This document shows, one piece after another, positions 9,667 to 19,460 of a DNA stretch of 43,012 nt; the stretch's first letter is position 1, and every line of letters begins with the position of its first letter. The stretch is taken from the NCBI GenBank assembly GCA_038222815.1, contig JBBRHK010000001.1:1-43012 (forward strand), in the 5' to 3' direction. The notes under the pieces are model-generated. The model did no database searches, had not been told where the DNA came from, and worked only from the letters and a program-made list of their open reading frames with translations. The stretch is from Chitinophagales bacterium. GTDB lineage: Bacteria; Bacteroidota; Bacteroidia; Chitinophagales; Chitinophagaceae. A program made the translations under genes and the position numbers.

Positions 9667-9713
9667 CAAATGTAGAAAGTAAAACAATGCAGATGAATAC
9701 CACTTTTAGGGGA
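9667..9713 (-). promoter_or_regulatory. Consensus -7 element (TACATTTG) plus putative autoregulatory operator
   Basis: Plus strand caaatgta at 9667-9674 fits TAnnTTTG. aataccacttttagggga at 9696-9713 overlaps the kinase stop codon. Confidence 0.6.
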
Positions 9714-12700
9714 TGGGCACGGTTAGTTTCAACTCGGTTCCTTCTACACTATTCTTAATGGATAGTGTGCCAGCAAGCGAGAGGGCTCTTTCCTGCATAG
9801 ATTTGATGCCCGTGCCTGTTCCTGTTCCTTTCCAATGACCATTATCCGCAACGGTAAGTTCTATGTTTTTCATTTGCTTAGTAATGGTAACTTTTACAGT
9901 ATTAGCATTTGCATGTTTAGCAATATTATTAGTGGCTTCTTTGAAGATTAGTAATATTTCTTTTCGATAATCAATAGGTAATTTTTCTTCCTGCAGGGCA
10001 GAAGCTACAATGATCTCTATCCCGATGTTTAGCGGTTCCAATGTTTGCGCTGCATACTCTCTCATTCTGGAAGCTAGGCTTCCTATCAATTCATTTTCGC
10101 TTCGCAGGCTCCATACAATATCACTCATAGATTGCTGTATGTTTTTACTCTGTATAGAAATTTGCTGTAACATCTCGAGAGCCTGCTCAGGATGCTGTTG
10201 CATCGCTTGCTGAAATACATCACTTAAAATGCTTATACTGGTAAGCGTGCTTCCAATTTCGTCATGCAAGTTGGCAGCAATTCTATTACGAAGCTGGTAG
10301 CGGGCCTTTATCCTGTTTATTCTTTGTTGTATTAGCCAATAAGCAAGTCCCAAAACGCATAATATCCATATGGCTGTAAACCACCAAGTTTTATAAAAAG
10401 GGGGGCTAATTATAATGACCAATTTCGATGCTGTTTTCATCCATTCGCCTTGACTATCTGCTGCTTTTACATACAGGGTATAAGTGCCCGGTTTGAGGTT
10501 AGAATAAGACGCAATGTTTTCTTTAGACACAGTCCAGGTTTTATCAAACCCTTCCAACATCCAACTATACATATTATCAGATGAATTTGTATAACTTAAT
10601 AAAGCAAACTCGATACTTATCATATTTTCTAAATGCCGGAGCCGAACAGTGTTGTGGTTAGAAAAATCTATCAGTTTGTTTTTGTAAGGCATATTAAAGA
10701 TAGAAAGCCCTGAGAGCCTGAGCTTATTTTCACTGTTAGATAACCTAGTAATGTTTGTATTGCAATATCGTATAGCATTATGCTGTCCTATATACAGGTT
10801 TCTGCTATAAGGCGAGAAGCAAAGAGGTGCATCTACGGTATTCTCAATCCCATAGGAAAAATGATTATAGTTTACGAAAGAGTTTTCGTTAGTCTTATAG
10901 TAAGAAAGACCAAGTGCTGTGCTGCACCATATATTTCCACTTTCATCTTTTTGTAGATAATTAATGTAATTACTATTTATGCCATCTGCCTTCGTAAGAT
11001 ATTTTAAAGTGGGATTAGATTTTGTAGCAGAAAAAATAGCAATGCCAGATCCCCAGTTGCTAACTAATAAATTTCCATTATCGTCACAAACTATTTCTCT
11101 AAGATCTACACCAGATTCCGCAACTGATATATCTTGTTTCTCATTGTAAATAATTTTTAGTTTGTCCGATGAAGGAATATAATTTCCTATACTAGCCATT
11201 GGTTTACTGGTATTGTCTGCTGTGAACCAGATGCTTCCATCTTTAAACTCACAAAGACCTTGAATATTTATTGACAAGCCTTCTTTTTTTAATCCGTCAT
11301 TTACAACCTTCACTTCCTCAATGGTAAATGTAATAGCAGTTTTTCTGTACAACCCGTTGTAAGTTCCTATCCATAGATTGCCATCCTTATCTTCAAGGAA
11401 ATAGCTAGCCCATTTGCCCTGATCATAGAAATATTGTTTTTCCCCTAACACTATTTTATCTTTTTCTATATCGTAAGCTATAAGACCGTATTGATTGGTG
11501 GCTATGTATAATATATTCTTAGTGTCAATGTATATTTTAAAAACTCCAGTTGGAGGATTGAGATATTTTGCAACTTTCTTAGGCAGTTCTAAAATTTGTT
11601 TTCTTGTTACATTGTATATGTATCCTCCCTTGTAGGGAATCTCTATCCAAAGTATTTCTTCTCTATTACTAGTTGGTCTTTGTAAAGCCATATCGCCGAC
11701 TGGCAATAAGGTTACACCATTGGCAATGCTTGAGAGATCAAGTGTATTAAAAATTTGTTTATTTGCATCTAATTTGTGTAGGCCTGTTTCTGACCCAATC
11801 CATAATGTGTTGTATTTGTCCTGATACAACCCGAAGCTGTTGCCTTTTATACCGCCCTTTGTATTCGTTTCATTTGTGGCATAAGAATAAAACTTATGGG
11901 TAATCTTATTGAAAGACGTAAAACCAAAACCGGCGGTAGAAACCCATAAGTTATTATTATCGCCTTGGTCTTGTACTACAGCGCCTACCAGATTGCCTTC
12001 TTTCTTTGGGTCTTTATAAAAATGTTGATTTAGCGTTCCTGTTACTGTGTTGTATTCAATTAAGCCGCCCATCCAAGTACCCATCCAAAGCACGCTATTC
12101 CCATCCAAAAAGCAACTGGAAATATCAACGAGACTTCTTCCAAATTTCTTTGTGAGCATATCTCCAATGTCAATCCATGTGGTAATGCCGGTGCTTTTAT
12201 TGAATTTACATACTCTATTGGAAGCGGCGACCCAAAGCTCATTGTTAGGTCCTGCTGTGATGCTTCCAAACCTAGTTTCCGTCATTAAAGAATCAGCACT
12301 TTTTGCTAGATTTAATTGTAGGCTTCCATTTTTACTATAATATAATCCCTTCTTAGTTGATACCCACATTTCATCAGCTAATTCATCATAGTAAAAACTA
12401 GTTGGATAAATCTTCTGCTTTAATGAGTCATTAATTCTATGTTTTAAATGAGAGAACTTTTCCAGTTTCGGATCAAATACTTCCAGATTTTCTCCGCTTA
12501 TAATCCACAGTCGACCTCTTTTATCTGACTGTATTGCTTTACAATAATTAGAAATTAAGGAATTGGGCTCTCCTGGAATGTGCTGATAAAATTTAAAGCG
12601 CTTGCCGTCGTAACGGGCAAAGCCATCATTACTACTTACCCAAATAAATCCATCTGGGCTTGAGGTTATATACATTGCCTCCTTTGAATTAAACCCTGCA

Positions 12701-12792
12701 TCCAATCCATAGTGATCGAACACAATCTGTTTTTGCTGACAATGAAGACCGCTATAAATAAAAATAAATAATATGCTGAGAGCAATTTTCAA
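9706..12792 (-). CDS. Sensor histidine kinase with periplasmic beta-propeller, Y_Y_Y domain, TM helix, HisKA_3 and HATPase
   Basis: Repeated DxxGxLWIGT propeller blades; YSWMLEGFD...YSNLKPGTYTL; PPFYKTWWF TM; LHDEIGSTL; KEATNNIAKHA. TTG start. Confidence 0.95.
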   Translation of the reverse strand: MKIALSILFIFIYSGLHCQQKQIVFDHYGLDAGFNSKEAMYITSSPDGFIWVSSNDGFARYDGKRFKFYQHIPGEPNSLISNYCKAIQSDKRGRLWIISGENLEVFDPKLEKFSHLKHRINDSLKQKIYPTSFYYDELADEMWVSTKKGLYYSKNGSLQLNLAKSADSLMTETRFGSITAGPNNELWVAASNRVCKFNKSTGITTWIDIGDMLTKKFGRSLVDISSCFLDGNSVLWMGTWMGGLIEYNTVTGTLNQHFYKDPKKEGNLVGAVVQDQGDNNNLWVSTAGFGFTSFNKITHKFYSYATNETNTKGGIKGNSFGLYQDKYNTLWIGSETGLHKLDANKQIFNTLDLSSIANGVTLLPVGDMALQRPTSNREEILWIEIPYKGGYIYNVTRKQILELPKKVAKYLNPPTGVFKIYIDTKNILYIATNQYGLIAYDIEKDKIVLGEKQYFYDQGKWASYFLEDKDGNLWIGTYNGLYRKTAITFTIEEVKVVNDGLKKEGLSINIQGLCEFKDGSIWFTADNTSKPMASIGNYIPSSDKLKIIYNEKQDISVAESGVDLREIVCDDNGNLLVSNWGSGIAIFSATKSNPTLKYLTKADGINSNYINYLQKDESGNIWCSTALGLSYYKTNENSFVNYNHFSYGIENTVDAPLCFSPYSRNLYIGQHNAIRYCNTNITRLSNSENKLRLSGLSIFNMPYKNKLIDFSNHNTVRLRHLENMISIEFALLSYTNSSDNMYSWMLEGFDKTWTVSKENIASYSNLKPGTYTLYVKAADSQGEWMKTASKLVIIISPPFYKTWWFTAIWILCVLGLAYWLIQQRINRIKARYQLRNRIAANLHDEIGSTLTSISILSDVFQQAMQQHPEQALEMLQQISIQSKNIQQSMSDIVWSLRSENELIGSLASRMREYAAQTLEPLNIGIEIIVASALQEEKLPIDYRKEILLIFKEATNNIAKHANANTVKVTITKQMKNIELTVADNGHWKGTGTGTGIKSMQERALSLAGTLSIKNSVEGTELKLTVPIP

Positions 12793-12929
12793 TTCAGAGC
12801 AATTTTTTAAGATATTGATACTTTAATCTGAAACAAAAAACTAGTTTTTGTCTTGAAATTCATTTTCTTCAAAGCGAATCTAAGTACTATATGTCAAAAA
12901 ATAATAATCTCTGTATTGAATAAAGCTTC

Positions 12930-13361
12930 CTATTTACTACTCATCCTTATTACCGGCACTATCATTTCCTCCAAGCTCACTCCGCCATGCTGAAAAGTGT
13001 TTCTATAATAATTTACAAAGTGATTATAATTATTAGGGTAGCAAAGAAAGGTATCACCTTTGGCAAAAATAAAGCTACTATTTACATTGGGCACTGGTAA
13101 GCCTGCCTCTTTGGGGTCTTTGAAGGCAAGCACATCTCTGTCTTCATAATTTAGATTTCTGCCGTGCTTATATCTAAGATTTGCCGTGGTGGCTTTATCA
13201 CCTATTACTTTTACGGGTGTTTTTACCCTAGTGCTACCATGGTCGGTAGCAATAATCATATTTATATTTTTATCAGCAATCTTCTTAATCGCTTGGTGCA
13301 GCGGGCTATGTTCAAACCAACTTGCCGCAATACTTCTATAACTTGTTTCGTCGCCGGCAAG
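12930..13361 (-). repeat. Displaced copy of the porX 3' end (direct repeat of 15462-15893)
   Basis: 432-bp ungapped alignment with about 25 mismatches by manual count, ending at the shared stop codon. Confidence 0.97.
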
Positions 13362-13445
13362 CCAGTTCAATATTTTCTCTTCGTTATTCTCCGCCTCCAC
13401 CCTCACACAATTTTCTTTTTTATAAAAATATTCCGCTTCGATCAT
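12930..13445 (-). pseudogene. porX: Truncated porX fragment (C-terminal half of the PglZ domain) fused to 28 unrelated N-terminal codons
   Basis: From LAGDETSY to RMSSK it matches PorX with 4 substitutions. It lacks the receiver domain and the catalytic Thr region. Confidence 0.8.
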
Positions 13446-13580
13446 TAACTCAACAAGCTTTTGTTTTAATCATCCGATCATTGAGCGTTTTATGTTCCGG
13501 CTACAAAAAATATTAAGATTACCAATAGTGTATTTTCATTGTAATGATTTTAGGTTTTGAATTCCCACCTGCCAGTCATT

Positions 13581-14717
13581 TTATTCTCCCGTTACTTTTT
13601 TTAAGCTGACCTTTATTTTTTGCATTTCTTCAGACAGCTGTATGTTTTTTTTATTAAGTTCGATGATATATAATGTAAGCTCTTCTACTTTTTCCAATAG
13701 TTTGCGATTCATCTCGCCTACTTCAATGCCATTTTCTGCGATTACGTCAGCCGCAGAGGGAACATTAGGTAAGTGTTTATTAATGGAGATTGATTTTTCA
13801 AGTTCATCCAACGGCATAAGCTTGTAGTTTTTATGAAAAACATAATCAGGCCAGCTGCCGACCAATTGAACTTTAATTTCTTCGCAAATAGCTTTTCCTG
13901 CCACATTCAGCAGGTATCCGGTAGCAAGATTGTTGGCGGTTCCAATACTTACCCTACCATCTGTATTAATAGTCATTCTGTTTCCAGAAGAAGCAAACTT
14001 TATATTGGCGGTGGAACTACCTAAAACGATAGAGTTTGCCCCATTATACCATAGATATCCTTGATATCCGTCTGTGTTGTCGTAAATTGATAAATAAGGA
14101 CTGGATCCCTGCATTCTGATTGTTTCGGATGTGGTAGCGTTTACATGTAATCGTGCAGCAGGTACCGTAATCCCGGTACCAATACCCACATTTCCATTTT
14201 GTGCAAAATAGTGCTGCTGCGTGAATGATGTTCCATCCGTTGTAGTCTCCATTCTAAAATCGGCGCCACCATTTGTTGTAGGAAACTTCCATTGGTTGCT
14301 GCCATCATATCCGAACCTAAGAGATCCTGAGCTTGATTGTACAAATAAATCACCCCCTGTTACGTGCAGCTTGTAATTAGGGCTGGTTGTGCCAATACCA
14401 ACGTTACCTAAATTATTAATGGTAAGCTTTGGCACTGCCTGTATTCCTAGGTGCAGCTTGCCGGTAGTACCAGCACCGGTGCTAAAATCTACATCTTCGG
14501 GAGCTCCTGAATAAGAACCCCAGTAGCCACGGTAAACATCATTTTCAAAAATGCTCACGTACATAGGAGAAGCACCATTAAACTGCGCTACCAAAGGCGA
14601 AGTAAGTGACTTTACATCTAATTTTGCAGCTGGAGTAGTAGTACCAATACCCACATTTTGTGAAAATAAAAGCAAGGTGAAACACGTTGCCATTACAGAC
14701 AAGAAAAATTTTTTCAT
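13581..14717 (-). CDS. Exported fibre-like protein with GNVGIGT repeats and a C-terminal WPDYVF...KVEELTLY chaperone-like/coiled-coil domain
   Basis: Signal peptide; four NVGIGT/RVSIGT units; WPDYVF...HLPNVPSA...LLEKVEELTLYII tail typical of Bacteroidota tail-fibre-like proteins. Confidence 0.85.
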   Translation of the reverse strand: MKKFFLSVMATCFTLLLFSQNVGIGTTTPAAKLDVKSLTSPLVAQFNGASPMYVSIFENDVYRGYWGSYSGAPEDVDFSTGAGTTGKLHLGIQAVPKLTINNLGNVGIGTTSPNYKLHVTGGDLFVQSSSGSLRFGYDGSNQWKFPTTNGGADFRMETTTDGTSFTQQHYFAQNGNVGIGTGITVPAARLHVNATTSETIRMQGSSPYLSIYDNTDGYQGYLWYNGANSIVLGSSTANIKFASSGNRMTINTDGRVSIGTANNLATGYLLNVAGKAICEEIKVQLVGSWPDYVFHKNYKLMPLDELEKSISINKHLPNVPSAADVIAENGIEVGEMNRKLLEKVEELTLYIIELNKKNIQLSEEMQKIKVSLKKVTGE

Positions 14718-15461
14718 GATTTTTTATTTAATGTGTATTCGAAAAAAATGTTTAAATCAACGACTAATAAGAAGCAATCTTATAGTCAAAACAAAGTCTG
14801 AAGTCACAAAACTTCCTAAAAAAATGTGGTGGGATACCTAAATGTATATAATAATATTTAAATACAAAAAAATATATTATGTCTTCTATTGTTAATATGA
14901 CAGTTTACATTGGTAGAAAGTAAATTAGTTCATTAATACTTAAGGCTAACGTATATTCTAAATGACAGTAGAAGCAAATTATAGCACACGGGACCCTCTA
15001 CAGTCATTAGCCTTTGTTAGCTAGGAAAAGGATCTAGGAAACTTTTGCACTAGTAAAATATATCCTTTACGTAGATAACTAGCTACTTCCATCGTGATAA
15101 CTTCTTGGCACAAGTTCTGAATATGAAGCTTGGGTTTATCGTTGTTAATATCAACGGTAGGAATATGGGCAATCAAAGTATTGACTCTACCATCTATTTG
15201 TAAAAATTTATTAAACACTACAAATTTTCTTTCTTACAGTACACGGTAACGCTTTGAAAATCATCTCGCTCATAACGCAACATATAGCCGCACAGACTCC
15301 CGATGTCTTCAGTTTTTTAGTTGAGGGACGTTAAATCTCATAGTCGCTTAACCTTTACTTGCAACTTCCTACATACTGGTTTTTTGTAATAACCCTTTTT
15401 GTCCAATTTCTTGGAATTAGAGCGATGCTGTTGCGTTCTGATGTTGTGTTATCACATTAGG

Positions 15462-17018
15462 CTACTTACTACTCATCCTTATTACCGGCACTATCATTTC
15501 CTCCAAGCTCACTCCGCCATGTTGAAAAGTATTTCTATAATAATTTACAAAGTGATTATAATTATTAGGGTAGCAAAGAAAGGTATCACCTTTGGCAAAA
15601 ATAAAGCTACTATTTACATTGGGCACTGGTAAGCCTGCCTCTTTGGGGTCTTTGAAGGCAAGCACATCACGCTCTTCATAATTCAGATTTCTGCCGTGCT
15701 TGTATCTAAGATTTGCGGTAGTGGCTTTATCGCCTATTACTTTTACAGGCGTTTTTACCCTAGTGCTACCATGATCGGTAGCAATAATCATATTTATATT
15801 TTTATCGGCAACCTTCTTCATTGCTTGGTGCAGTGGACTATGTTCAAACCAGCTTGCAGTAATACTTCTATAACTTGTTTCATCGCCGGCGAGTTCTTTC
15901 AACACTTCCATCTCTGTTCTTGCATGGCTCAGCATATCTACAAAATTGTACACAATTACATTGAGATCATTTTGTAAAAGATTGTGCATATTGTCCACCA
16001 TTTTTTCTCCATCGTGGTGGTTGGTAATTTTGGTATAAGAAATTTTTAGATCTCCGTGGCCCATTCTTTTAAGGTTGGCTCTCAAGAATGTTTCTTCATG
16101 CAGGTTTTTCCCACCTTCTTCATCATCATTCTTCCACTCTTCTTTAAATTGTTTTTCTATGTCGATGGGTAAAAGTCCAGCAAAAATGGCATTCCTAGCA
16201 TATTGCGTAGCCGTAGGAAGTATAGCGTAAAAAGTTTCTTCTTCGTGTATGCGGAAAGATTCTGCTACGATAGGTTGTATGGTCTTCCATTGATCGAAAC
16301 GTAAATTATCAATCAAGACAAAAAATAAAGGCTTCCCTTTTTCTAAATGAGGAACTACCTTAAACTTTAAAAGATTATTACTCATTATAGGTGCGTCGGT
16401 TGACTTCGGCGAAACCCAAGAAGCATAATTCCTGCTGATGAATTTAAAAAACTCGGTATTGGCTTCTTGCTTCTGTGCTTGAAAAACATCTTGCATCTCA
16501 GGGCTATCACTCTTCTTCATTTCAAGTTCCCAATACACTATTTTTTTATACAATTCCATCCAAGCAGTATAATCCAAATCATCATTGAGTGCCATAAATA
16601 AAGTACGGAACTGCTGCTGATAAGAGGACGTTGTTTTCTCTGCTACCAATCTTTTATTGTCTATTATTTTCTTTAGCGATAGCAGTACCTGGTTAGGATT
16701 CACCGGCTTTATAAGATAGTCGCTGATTTGACCGCCGATAGCTTCATCCATAATATTCTCCGCTTCATTCTTTGTAATGAGCACCACAGGAATATTGGTA
16801 TTGTGTTCTTTTATTTGTTGCAGCGTTTGTAGCCCAGTAAGACCGGGCATACTTTCATCCATCAAGACTACATCTACAATATTTTCTTTTACATACTCTA
16901 TTGCATCAAAGCCATTGGAGATAGTTTTTACTTCGTAGCCCTTATTTTCCAAGAACATTATTTGCGAGTTTAATGTATCAATCTCATCATCTACCCAAAG
17001 GATTTTTGCAGCGCTCAT
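15462..17018 (-). CDS. porX: PorX response regulator (REC plus PglZ/alkaline-phosphatase domain)
   Basis: ILWVDDEID, IDNLRFDQW, ILPTATQYARNAIF, NFVDMLSH, TDHG, FQHGGVSLEEM. Start placed at ATG 17018. Confidence 0.95.
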   Translation of the reverse strand: MSAAKILWVDDEIDTLNSQIMFLENKGYEVKTISNGFDAIEYVKENIVDVVLMDESMPGLTGLQTLQQIKEHNTNIPVVLITKNEAENIMDEAIGGQISDYLIKPVNPNQVLLSLKKIIDNKRLVAEKTTSSYQQQFRTLFMALNDDLDYTAWMELYKKIVYWELEMKKSDSPEMQDVFQAQKQEANTEFFKFISRNYASWVSPKSTDAPIMSNNLLKFKVVPHLEKGKPLFFVLIDNLRFDQWKTIQPIVAESFRIHEEETFYAILPTATQYARNAIFAGLLPIDIEKQFKEEWKNDDEEGGKNLHEETFLRANLKRMGHGDLKISYTKITNHHDGEKMVDNMHNLLQNDLNVIVYNFVDMLSHARTEMEVLKELAGDETSYRSITASWFEHSPLHQAMKKVADKNINMIIATDHGSTRVKTPVKVIGDKATTANLRYKHGRNLNYEERDVLAFKDPKEAGLPVPNVNSSFIFAKGDTFLCYPNNYNHFVNYYRNTFQHGGVSLEEMIVPVIRMSSK

Positions 17019-17090
17019 TTTTTCTATTTTAATCAAATATAAGAATGCTTACAAATTAATTTTTTTATAGTGGCCTTTGAGTGTTATACC

Positions 17091-17098
17091 TAGCTTTG
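17091..17098 (+). promoter_or_regulatory. Bacteroidota sigma-A -7 element for the HD-lpxD operon
   Basis: TAGCTTTG fits TAnnTTTG, about 55 nt before the start codon. Confidence 0.55.
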
Positions 17099-17153
17099 TA
17101 ATTCTTTTAACAGTGTAGGCTATAATTTCACTACATAAAAATTTATTTCCAAG

Positions 17154-18335
17154 TTGCGCAAAATAATTAACGACCCCGTTTACGGCTTTATCACTCTCGA
17201 CCATCCGCTTGTGATGCAAGTCGTAAGCCATCCTTACTTTCAAAGGTTACGCCGTATTAGCCAAATGGCTATGGCACAACTAGTGTACCCGGGCGCAGTA
17301 CACACAAGGCTACACCACGCACTAGGCGCTTATCACTTAATGTGTGATGCGCTGGCAGAATTACAAAAGAAGGGAACAGATATCACTGATGATGAATGTG
17401 TGGGAGCAAAAATTGCAATTCTCCTCCACGATGTAGGCCACGGACCTTACTCTCACGCATTAGAAAACACACTAGCAGCGGGCATTCACCACGAGACTTT
17501 TTCATCGATGATTATGGAGGAAATGAATAAGGAAATGAATGGTGCTTTACAAACAGCAATAGATATTTTTAAGGGTACTCATCCAAAAAAATTCTTGCAT
17601 CAGCTTGTAAGTGGGCAGCTAGATGTGGATAGAATGGATTACTTAAATAGAGATAGTTTTTTTAGCGGTGTAAGTGAAGGTGTAATAGGTTATGACAGAA
17701 TTATAAAAATGCTTGTAGTACATAATGGTGAGCTGATGGTAGAAGAAAAAGCTATTTATAGTATAGAAAAGTTTCTACTCGCCCGAAGGTTAATGTACGG
17801 TCAAGTGTATCTACACAAAACAGTGCTTTGCGGCGAGCAAATGCTCAAGCACATTATCAACAGAGCAAAAGTTGTGCAAGCACAATGTGCTGGGCCACTC
17901 AATGATTTTATCAATAAAGAACTCAAAGATGTGACGCTAGAGCAATTTTGCGCCCTCGATGATACAGATGTGATGATGGCGATGAAGGGCTGGTGCAGCC
18001 ATCCAGATAAAATATTGTCTTACTTGTGTAAGGGTATTTGTAATAGGCAACTTTTGAAAGTGAGGTATAGTAAAGAGTCTTTCTCTGCTGAAGTGATATC
18101 TGAAAAATTAGCGGCGGTACAGCAACATTTTTCCTTGAGTGCAGAAGAGGCGGGGTGGCTAGTTTTTTCTGGCGTAACTGGCACTAATACTTATGACAGC
18201 ACACAGGAGCAAATCAATATTTTGTTTAAAGACGGGAGCGTAAAAGATATAAGTGCGGTGGATGATGCTTTAATAAACCGAAACCTAGAAGGAAGTATTA
18301 AAAAATATTACATTTGTTATCCATCCCTTAGTTAA
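17154..18335 (+). CDS. HD-domain phosphohydrolase (YdhJ/dNTPase-like)
   Basis: DPVYG, FQRLRRISQ, HTRLHHALG, LLHDVGHGPYSH, LDVDRMDYL. Confidence 0.93.
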   Translation: MRKIINDPVYGFITLDHPLVMQVVSHPYFQRLRRISQMAMAQLVYPGAVHTRLHHALGAYHLMCDALAELQKKGTDITDDECVGAKIAILLHDVGHGPYSHALENTLAAGIHHETFSSMIMEEMNKEMNGALQTAIDIFKGTHPKKFLHQLVSGQLDVDRMDYLNRDSFFSGVSEGVIGYDRIIKMLVVHNGELMVEEKAIYSIEKFLLARRLMYGQVYLHKTVLCGEQMLKHIINRAKVVQAQCAGPLNDFINKELKDVTLEQFCALDDTDVMMAMKGWCSHPDKILSYLCKGICNRQLLKVRYSKESFSAEVISEKLAAVQQHFSLSAEEAGWLVFSGVTGTNTYDSTQEQINILFKDGSVKDISAVDDALINRNLEGSIKKYYICYPSLS

Positions 18336-18355
18336 AATAAAATAATACACACAAG

Positions 18356-19405
18356 ATGAATTTTACTGCTGCACAAATAGCTGCTCTCATCAATGGAAAA
18401 ATAGAGGGTGACGAAACAACTTCTGTTTCTGGTTTTGGTAAAATAGAACAAGCTCAAAACAATGAGCTTAGTTTCTTTGCCAATCCGAAATATGAAGATT
18501 ATTTGTATAGCACAAAAGCAGGCATCATCATTCTTAGCGAAGCCACCGTGCTCAAAGAAAAACTTACTGCTACGCTTATTCGGGTACCAGACGCCTATTC
18601 AGCTTTTGCGGTTTTACTTAATGCTTACCAGCAAATGAAAACGCAAGCTTTAGTTGGCATAGAGCAACCTTCATTCATACATCCCACAGCCAAGATTGGC
18701 GACAATGTGTACATTGGCGCCTTTGCATACATCGGTGAAAATTGTATTATAGCTAATGATGTAAAAATATTTCCGCATACTTATATTGGTAACAACGTGG
18801 CTATAGATGAGCATAGTATCATCAATGCTGGCGTAAAGCTGTATAGCGAAACGCTTGTAGGAAAAAAGGTGGTCATTCATTCTGGCTCTGTTATAGGTAG
18901 CGATGGCTTTGGATATGCACCACAAGCAGATGGTTCGCTAAAAAAAGTTCCACAAATAGGTAATGTAGTAATAGAAGATGGCGTAGAAATAGGCGCTAAT
19001 TCTACCATAGACCGAGCAACTATCGGCAGCACCATAATAAGAACGGGCGCCAAGCTTGACAATCTATTACAAATTGCACATAACGTAGAAGTAGGCTCTA
19101 ATACAGTGATAGCAGCGCAAAGCGGTGTAAGCGGCAGTACAAAAATTGGAAAAAATGTTATGATAGGTGGCCAGGTAGGTATTGTAGGCCATATTCAAAT
19201 TGCCGATGGTTGTAAGATAAATGCGCAAAGCGGGGTGAGTAAATCTCTGAATACACCTGGGTCTGCGGTTACTGGTTCGCCTGCACACGATTATACTTCT
19301 GCGCTACGTAGCCAAGCGGTAAGTAGGAAACTGCCAGAGCTAGAAAAGCGATTGCTAGCGCTAGAGAAAGAAATTGCAGCGCTAAGAGCCAAAGAATCCA
19401 TTTAA
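18356..19405 (+). CDS. lpxD: UDP-3-O-(3-hydroxymyristoyl)glucosamine N-acyltransferase
   Basis: Hexapeptide repeats; GSDGFGY, IGANSTIDR, KLDNLLQIAHNV. Confidence 0.97.
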   Translation: MNFTAAQIAALINGKIEGDETTSVSGFGKIEQAQNNELSFFANPKYEDYLYSTKAGIIILSEATVLKEKLTATLIRVPDAYSAFAVLLNAYQQMKTQALVGIEQPSFIHPTAKIGDNVYIGAFAYIGENCIIANDVKIFPHTYIGNNVAIDEHSIINAGVKLYSETLVGKKVVIHSGSVIGSDGFGYAPQADGSLKKVPQIGNVVIEDGVEIGANSTIDRATIGSTIIRTGAKLDNLLQIAHNVEVGSNTVIAAQSGVSGSTKIGKNVMIGGQVGIVGHIQIADGCKINAQSGVSKSLNTPGSAVTGSPAHDYTSALRSQAVSRKLPELEKRLLALEKEIAALRAKESI

Positions 19406-19460
19406 AACTTTCGGTAGTTTAGCTTTCTATAATAGCTAATTAATCATCCTATTTGCTATT

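Noticed and set aside
14811-14836. Fourth copy of the NarL-type box upstream of 14717
   Set aside because: The CC...GG spacing and the distance to any -7 element do not match the three good sites.
14941-15020. HDV-like or hammerhead ribozyme
   Set aside because: The required catalytic junction sequences and pseudoknot pairings could not be found on either strand.
15021-15218. 65-aa ORF in the porX island as a possible integrase or recombinase remnant
   Set aside because: No tyrosine or serine recombinase motifs, GTG start, and no support.
12930-15893. Diversity-generating retroelement TR/VR pair
   Set aside because: Mismatches are mostly synonymous third positions and not adenine-specific, and there is no reverse transcriptase.
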